From: Tubiluchus corallicola
Taxonomy: Eukaryota > Animalia > Priapulida
DNA length: 64,000 nt
Reading direction: 5' to 3'
Assembly (NCBI GenBank): GCA_030141605.1
Contig: JAQGDQ010002368.1
Span: 1-64,000 of the forward strand
Below are positions 57,801 to 64,000 of the stretch, one piece after another (positions within the stretch are counted from its first letter, which is position 1; the number at the start of each line of letters is the position of its first letter). The position numbers were made by a program, and so were the translations under genes. A model generated the notes under the pieces. That model did no database searches, had not been told where the DNA came from, and was given only the letters and a program-made list of their open reading frames with translations.

Positions 57801-60800
57801 TATAAATGCTAATGTGTAAACCACTAAAATTAAATCAAATCTTGCACTTGTGTGAGTAGGCTTTTTGTTGAATTCGTTGTGTATTGCTGATGTATGTTTA
57901 GCGAAAAAATAAACCTGGAAGTTTCTTTCAACAGATGGCCTGCTTGGTTCGAGTTCCTGTCGAAGTTGTTAAACAGAGAGCTCAGACATCTCATCAAGCT
58001 AGTTTACATGTGCTGCGGGCAACCTTATATTCAGAGGTTAGTGCTAAAATTATTGCCCTTTTTGTTAATTTTCTTTTTATTGTGTTTTTATTATTCTTTC
58101 TTTAAAAAATCCAGGTATTTTGATCCAGGTATTTAAATCCAGGTAAAAAATCCAAAAATGATACTGCCAATCACGAACTAACTTACTTTTCCTCAGACAG
58201 ACAAATAGACCAAAGACAACACTAATACTAAGTAGGAAAAACTGGAGACAATAACTAACTAATCTAAACCATAATGCACATTTGCACGCATATGTATATG
58301 CGGGCCTGGAAAATCTTACCGGACTGACGGACGTAGTCCATGGGACATTTCTTCTTGCAGAAGGACACAATTTTTCTTATAGTATTTTTTCTCAAAAATT
58401 TAATGGCAAAAGTTTCAATTTTTTCCTCTATTTATTAGTAATAACAACAAAAAATGTTCTATATTCTAATACTCATCAAAATTACAATGTAATTATTACT
58501 TGAGGTAATATTTCTTGTGCACCTGCATATGCTGCAATTTGTCCCTATGTATTGCCTATTGTGTCGTATTCAAAAACTTGGCAGCGTCAGAACTTGCAGG
58601 TATATTGTATGCACATAATAATTATAGAGTAATTGTAACTGAACTATTATATTAACGATTTAGTTCTATAAGCAGGTGGCTTGCTCCTATAAAGATAAGA
58701 TGTATTGATTTTTGCAGTAACCCAGTTAACTTTCCAAGCCTCATCAATGGTCGGTGTTAAAGTTCACATCATAATAAGTATTGTCTACTGACTCTTTGAG
58801 TTGTGGTTGGCTTCAAATTATACTATTACAGTTAACGTAGCAACTAGTCTTGCCACCTAGTTGCCAACCAGTACAACTTATGTGCTAATATCTTAAAGAT
58901 ACTTCACCGCATTATTTTAGCACTCTAAAGAACTTCCTATAGTAGTTAAGCAACATCAGACACAAAAAGTGCCTAGATGGGTGAGATTTTTTTCAGAATT
59001 ATTGATTGAAGTTGTGTCCTAGCAAAGCGATAGTACCTGTGAGCCAAACAAAATAAAGGGCTCCTTTCTTAGTATAGTTCTAAGAAATTTTGTGAAACTA
59101 TATTTAAGGTAAGACAAAATTATCTTTCTAAGCATCAGAGTTTTGAATTTCTTAACTCCACATGTTTTTGGTGGGTATATAAACTACTAATTATTATTAT
59201 TATTATGAGTGAGTGTGTAATAACAACTGAAATAGTGTTTGAAGGTAGCAATTGTATTAGCAATGCGAATACATGTAAGTGGTGAAAATTGCAATAAAAT
59301 TGACTTTTTAGAAGTCCAACTTTTTAAATTTTCATGGGGCTCTGTGACCCTACGGTTCAAAGTTTCGTGCTTGCTTTCAAAGCAGGTCTCTGTTCGCATA
59401 GCTGAGTCATGGTTCTTTTTCTAAGCAATGGAAAAATTGATATAACATGTGAATAATTATAATAATCTTTGTTATGTAGAGTTTGTTGACAACAGTCCGT
59501 GATATAAGCTCTTGACTTCATGTTAATTATCGATTGGCTGTCGTTATACCAAAGATTATTATTACTATTAAAAGATTACTATTAGTGTCAATGTTGTAGT
59601 CATCATTTTCGTCGTTATAGTAAACCTTGCTAATTTTATTGAAAATTTATCGATTTTGATCCACCCATTTTAGGCCATATTTAATTTACCAGGTCACTTT
59701 TATTACCTAGTGTAAGCTTATAGTATGCTTGTACATGGGACATTGCATTTGTTTCAGGGATTTAGAGGATTATATCGAGGTTACCTTTCTACAGCAATAC
59801 GTGAGGTGCCTTTTTCTTTTATTCAATTTCCAGTGTGGGAATTTCTGAAGGTGAGCATGGTTTTTTGTCTTTTTATCCGAATCATTGTGTGTTTCATTTC
59901 TTGACAGATAAAAAATTGTTTAGTTAACTCACGCCAAGACATCAAAGCAGCTTCCTGTGCACTAGGACCATAGTTATAAGCTATGATTAGCAATGGCTGA
60001 GTGCCAGGCTGTAATCCTTGGCTAATTTTCAACAGCTTTCTATGTCATTGCTTCAAAAATTTATTGATGTCTTTTAGCTACTTAATTGATGCTTGGTAAT
60101 TATTAATTTTGGTGATTTAATTGTAAACAATTTATTTTCATAAAATTTTTGTAAGGGTTTAAATTCTTTGTCATAATTACATTTCATTTCAGTCTTCTTG
60201 GACTGAACAGCAGGGATATGCTGTCTATCCGTGGCAATCGTCAATCTGTGGTGCTCTGGCAGGAGGATTTGCAGCAGGACTGACAACACCTCTTGATGTA
60301 GCTAAAACCAGGATTATGTTAGCTAACGTACGCATTTGTTGTTTTTCTTCATGTCTGATATTTTAGTAGTTTACATAGTGATTAATTTGATTAATTATGA
60401 TTGAAGGGTTGTTGTCATTGGTTGTTAAATATGGAGGAATTTTTCTTCGTGTACGGTTTTTTTAGTAAGCAAATTCCGAAATGTAACGTTAGTGTGTTAG
60501 GCGCTTATGTGAACTTAGTAATTAGTTAGTAAGAAAACTAATTAATTAATTAAGTAAGCAAGTAATTAGTAAGGGGTTATTCTCATTGATTGTTAAATAT
60601 GGAAAAATTTTTCTTTGTGTGGTTTTTTTAGTAAGTAAATTCAGTAACGTAACTTTAGTATGTTAGGCTTATGCGAACTTAGTAGTTAATTAGTAAGAAA
60701 ACTAATTAATTAATTAAGCAATTTATTAGTAAGGGGTTGTTCTCATCGATTGTTAAGTATGGAAGAATTTTTCTTTGTGTGGTTTTTTTAGTAGGTAAAT

Positions 60801-61621
60801 TCAGTAACGTAACTTTAGTGTGTTGGGCTTATGTGAACTTGGTAGTGAATTTCAATTTTCTCAGATTATAGACAAAGCTGTGTACTTCACTGCATTTCAG
60901 GTTGTTGAACAAATCTTACACATTCCTAGTATTTTAAGAATAGAAATTTGCAAGTTAGAGTACTTGTTTCTTTTTTTAGAAAGACAGTTTTCTCGCCCAT
61001 GCAAGGATAGATCAAGTTATTCTTCATGTGTTTCGGGAGAAAGGACTTAAAGGGTAAGCCATGGTGCTCTTTGTGTGAAGTGCTAACCATGGTAAAATAA
61101 GCTTTCTGGTATACTTGAATTCTTCAAAAGTGCCACAATTATGAAAAGCTTATTCTTATATTGAATTTGGCTAAATGAGCTCTGACTGCAGGAATTTCCG
61201 CGTCTATGATATGGTCTTATTTCTGAAATATCAAATAACAATCAATTTGTAATAATTGACCTTTTCTATCTATATCGCATGAATGTAAGCTTGGAGTTGA
61301 ATAGCTTCTATCTGAATAACAAAAAGCTGAACATGTACAAAAAATCCTGCTCGTCTACAGTTTTCTGTTGATCTATTTACTATATTCGAATTTTATTGCT
61401 AGTTGAAAAACTTAAAAACAGACCACTGAGCAAGGTGGTAGTTCAGTTAGTCTGGCATGATAATGTGTTTCTTGATTTTGTTGTTATAATACATTAATGT
61501 ATTTTTACCTGGTTTTAGTTTATTTGCTGGAATTCTCCCTCGCGTTACGTGGATAGCAGTTGGTGGAGCTATTTTTCTTGGTGTGTATGATCTAGTAAAA
61601 ACAAACTTGGATGCATTGTGA
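54869..61621 (+). CDS. SLC25A26: Mitochondrial S-adenosylmethionine carrier
   Basis: Exons 54869-54916, 55518-55674 ([22 protein letters not shown]), 55937-56046, 57935-58036 ([12 protein letters not shown]), 59758-59850 ([11 protein letters not shown]), 60193-60327 ([13 protein letters not shown]), 60980-61053 and 61519-61621 ([21 protein letters not shown]). Contains the three carrier signatures. Confidence 0.95.
56325..56530 (+). mobile_element. CR1/L2-type LINE ORF2 C-terminal remnant
   Basis: Reads [25 protein letters not shown], matching the typical FF.R....WNSLP..VV.A.SL.SFK end motif. Confidence 0.65.
60403..60846. repeat. ~165-bp tandem repeat, ~2.7 copies, in an SLC25A26 intron
   Basis: Units start at ~60403, 60571 and 60731 (AAGGG..GTT.TCAT..TTGTTAA.TATGGA...). 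Confidence 0.88.
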
Positions 61622-62911
61622 TGTCAGGTGGATAGGAAGGAAATGAGTAAACAACTCCCGGTGCATTTTCCTAACATGAGTATGTTAATTTACTTCCACT
61701 CTCACTGTTTTGTCTCCTTCTTTGCCCTTCACTTTATGGGGATTTTTTTCTGAGAAGTCTTAAAATTAATTTGTAATACTGTAAGTGTTTTTAATTTTGT
61801 ATTTTTCTCATCATTTGTAACATTGTTGAGTTAGCTAGCTTTTCAACATAATTTTTTCACTGCGTTAAAGAACAATTATGCATTCTTCAGTAGACGTGTG
61901 TGTACAGACTGTACACTGCATCAGTTCACAGCCTGACTGTTTTTTTATAGTCATGAATTTTTTGTGATAAGCTCGTATTTAGAGAGCAAGCCTAAATTTC
62001 ATTCTAACTGGTTCATGTCCAGATGGACTGATTTGGATTTTTTATCAAGTGAATCGTTTCTGCTAAATGTAGGACACTTCAGCAAGTGATTATTGTCTCT
62101 GCTTGTTCTTAGTGCCAGCATTTTTCCATTGACAGAAGTATTTGTTTTGGATTTTTTTGCTTGGATGAACCAATTTACATCTTTAGTCAAACAGAAACAG
62201 TTAGCCCACAAGGCTTGCACTATTCTTTTCTGTTTGCCGAAAACAAATATATTTTCCCGCTTCTCGTTCTGTATTCTTTAAGTTGATTCTTATGTTTTAC
62301 AGCACTTGCCACTAGCAGTCAAAATGAATGCTGCCAGGATAACAGCCAGTCAATGAACCAGACAGGTCCCATCCACAAAATGAATTACCCTTTTAAAGTA
62401 TGATGGTGCATAAGTCTTTGTACATTATCACACCTGCTTTGAGAGTGCTGCTTTAGGACGTGAAAAACATGCACATTTTGATAAGCAAATTCTGTGATAA
62501 TAAATGCTAAGATTGTCTAGCTTCTATAAATTTACTAGTTTTTCAAGTTTACTTTGTAGGTTCTTTTTGATGTCATATTATAAGTATGTAAAGTAATAAC
62601 CAAATGGAATTTTATTACTGAAATTTGTGGAATATTTGCTTCGTTTTAAATTTAATTTCTAGTCTCATGGCTTTTATTTTGTTTTATACTAGATACTCCT
62701 GTTTCTTTCCATTTTGGATAGAGTGAAAACTGCTAGCCAACTTCTTAGATACAGAAGTGGAAAACTGTTAGAACAGGCAGGGTGCTGTTTTTACTTGACA
62801 AACACATAAGTTGATCAGTGCTCACAAGTGTGTCTGGTATGGGTCTTTCGAGAAACAGAAACATTCATACACTAGATTTAGCACACTTTTTAAAAGTTCC
62901 TGCATAAAAAA

Positions 62912-62914
<3 letters not shown>

Positions 62915-62960
<46 letters not shown>
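62915..62960. repeat. (TAT)n microsatellite
   Basis: Direct reading of the sequence. Confidence 0.95.
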
Positions 62961-62961
<1 letters not shown>

Positions 62962-64000
62962 CTTATTTTATTTTCCTCTATTTGCAGGTAAAAAATAATT
63001 TTTAGGGTTTTTAAGCAAAACCAGAAAATTATCATTGAAACAACATATCCGTTGTTGAGTGAGAAAAGCAGAAATCAGTGGTAAATGTTTAGCATTATGA
63101 TTGGTAAATAGCTGCAACAGTAAGATATTAAAACATAGTAAACTTAACAAAATTTGAATGTACATTTTGGCAAGCAATATACTACGTAATTAGTTCTTTT
63201 GTTCATTACTATACATATGTATGAAATATTTGCAGAGCAGTAAAATTAAAGCAACGAGTTAAAATTAGTTTTCAAGCCTTGTCCATATGGAGCACCAAGG
63301 AACACAGATCTTTTATAAAATAATATTGCCTGAAATGAGAGTCAGATTATGTAATGTAAAGAATATTAAAGACACAAATATTGTACCATTATACATAACA
63401 CAGTTGATAAAAGCAGTCTCGTAGATTATTAAGTAAAAATCAGGTTTTGTTACTTTTCAAAAAAAATGGTTAAAAATTACATAGTGGCTTATATAGTGTT
63501 GGGTGTATAAATGATGGAAGCAATAAAATGCTCACTGTCATTGGAATTGGACAGATATTGTTTACTATTGAACATTCAATACTTGCCTGATAAATTGTAA
63601 TGAAATTCTTTTTGTAACTCTTAATGAAATATTTCTGTATTGTACTTAATGAATTTTGAGATAAAATTAGTGGCAAATAAAATGTATGTTCGATTATTAT
63701 TATTGCAGTCTATTTTTTCTTATTTTTGTTTTACGCATTGCCAAAGATTCTTTAATAATTGTTACAGTCTTTTATAGTCAGTGGCAAAAAAATAAACCCT
63801 GCGAATTAAGAATGGCCTGTTTTACACAAAGCTAGAATTATGATAGAACTATCACTACCAACACTGACAAAGATTATATAAACTCTGACAAAGGCTATAT
63901 AATCCACTAAACTATGGTCAATAATGCTCACATATCCCTCTTTGTGGCTTGGATTTGCATGTCCCAACAACAATGGGGTAAGGATATGCGTAGACATTTT

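Noticed and set aside
9039-61621. Functional mitochondrial gene cluster (TAMM41, NDUFA9, SLC25A26)
   Set aside because: The genes are interleaved with unrelated ones. Three of nine in a housekeeping-dense region is not evidence of co-regulation without synteny data.
63806-63997. 63-aa minus-strand ORF at the window edge
   Set aside because: No recognisable motif or supported splice structure.

Overview
AT-rich, intron-containing metazoan (invertebrate-type) genomic DNA, not prokaryotic. Reading splice sites by hand gives eight protein-coding loci. (1) A minus-strand signal peptide-LRR-LRRCT-Thr stalk-(EGF)n gene (6275 to <402), probably continuing past the window start. (2) The 5' four coding exons of TAMM41 (-). 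(3) Serine carboxypeptidase CPVL (+, 10 coding exons). (4) An F-box/LRR gene (+). (5) INO80C/Ies6 (-). (6) Enkurin (+). (7) An OTUD7/Cezanne deubiquitinase (-). (8) NDUFA9 (+), followed by a ninth locus, SLC25A26 (+). The repeats include hAT- and Tc1/pogo-type MITEs, a solo LTR nested in another repeat, CR1/L2-type LINE 3' fragments, and 25-bp and 42-bp minisatellites. The most unusual region is 0.4-9 kb. There the LRR-EGF gene lies on the same strand downstream of an unfinished TAMM41, so it is probably nested in a TAMM41 intron. It carries an array of symmetric phase-1 single-EGF exons in which intact exons alternate with frameshifted, stop-containing or eroded copies. Two of these exons use the first GT of a long (GT)n microsatellite as their splice donor. 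No rRNA, intact tRNA or CRISPR array was found. All family assignments come from recognising motifs, not from database searches.
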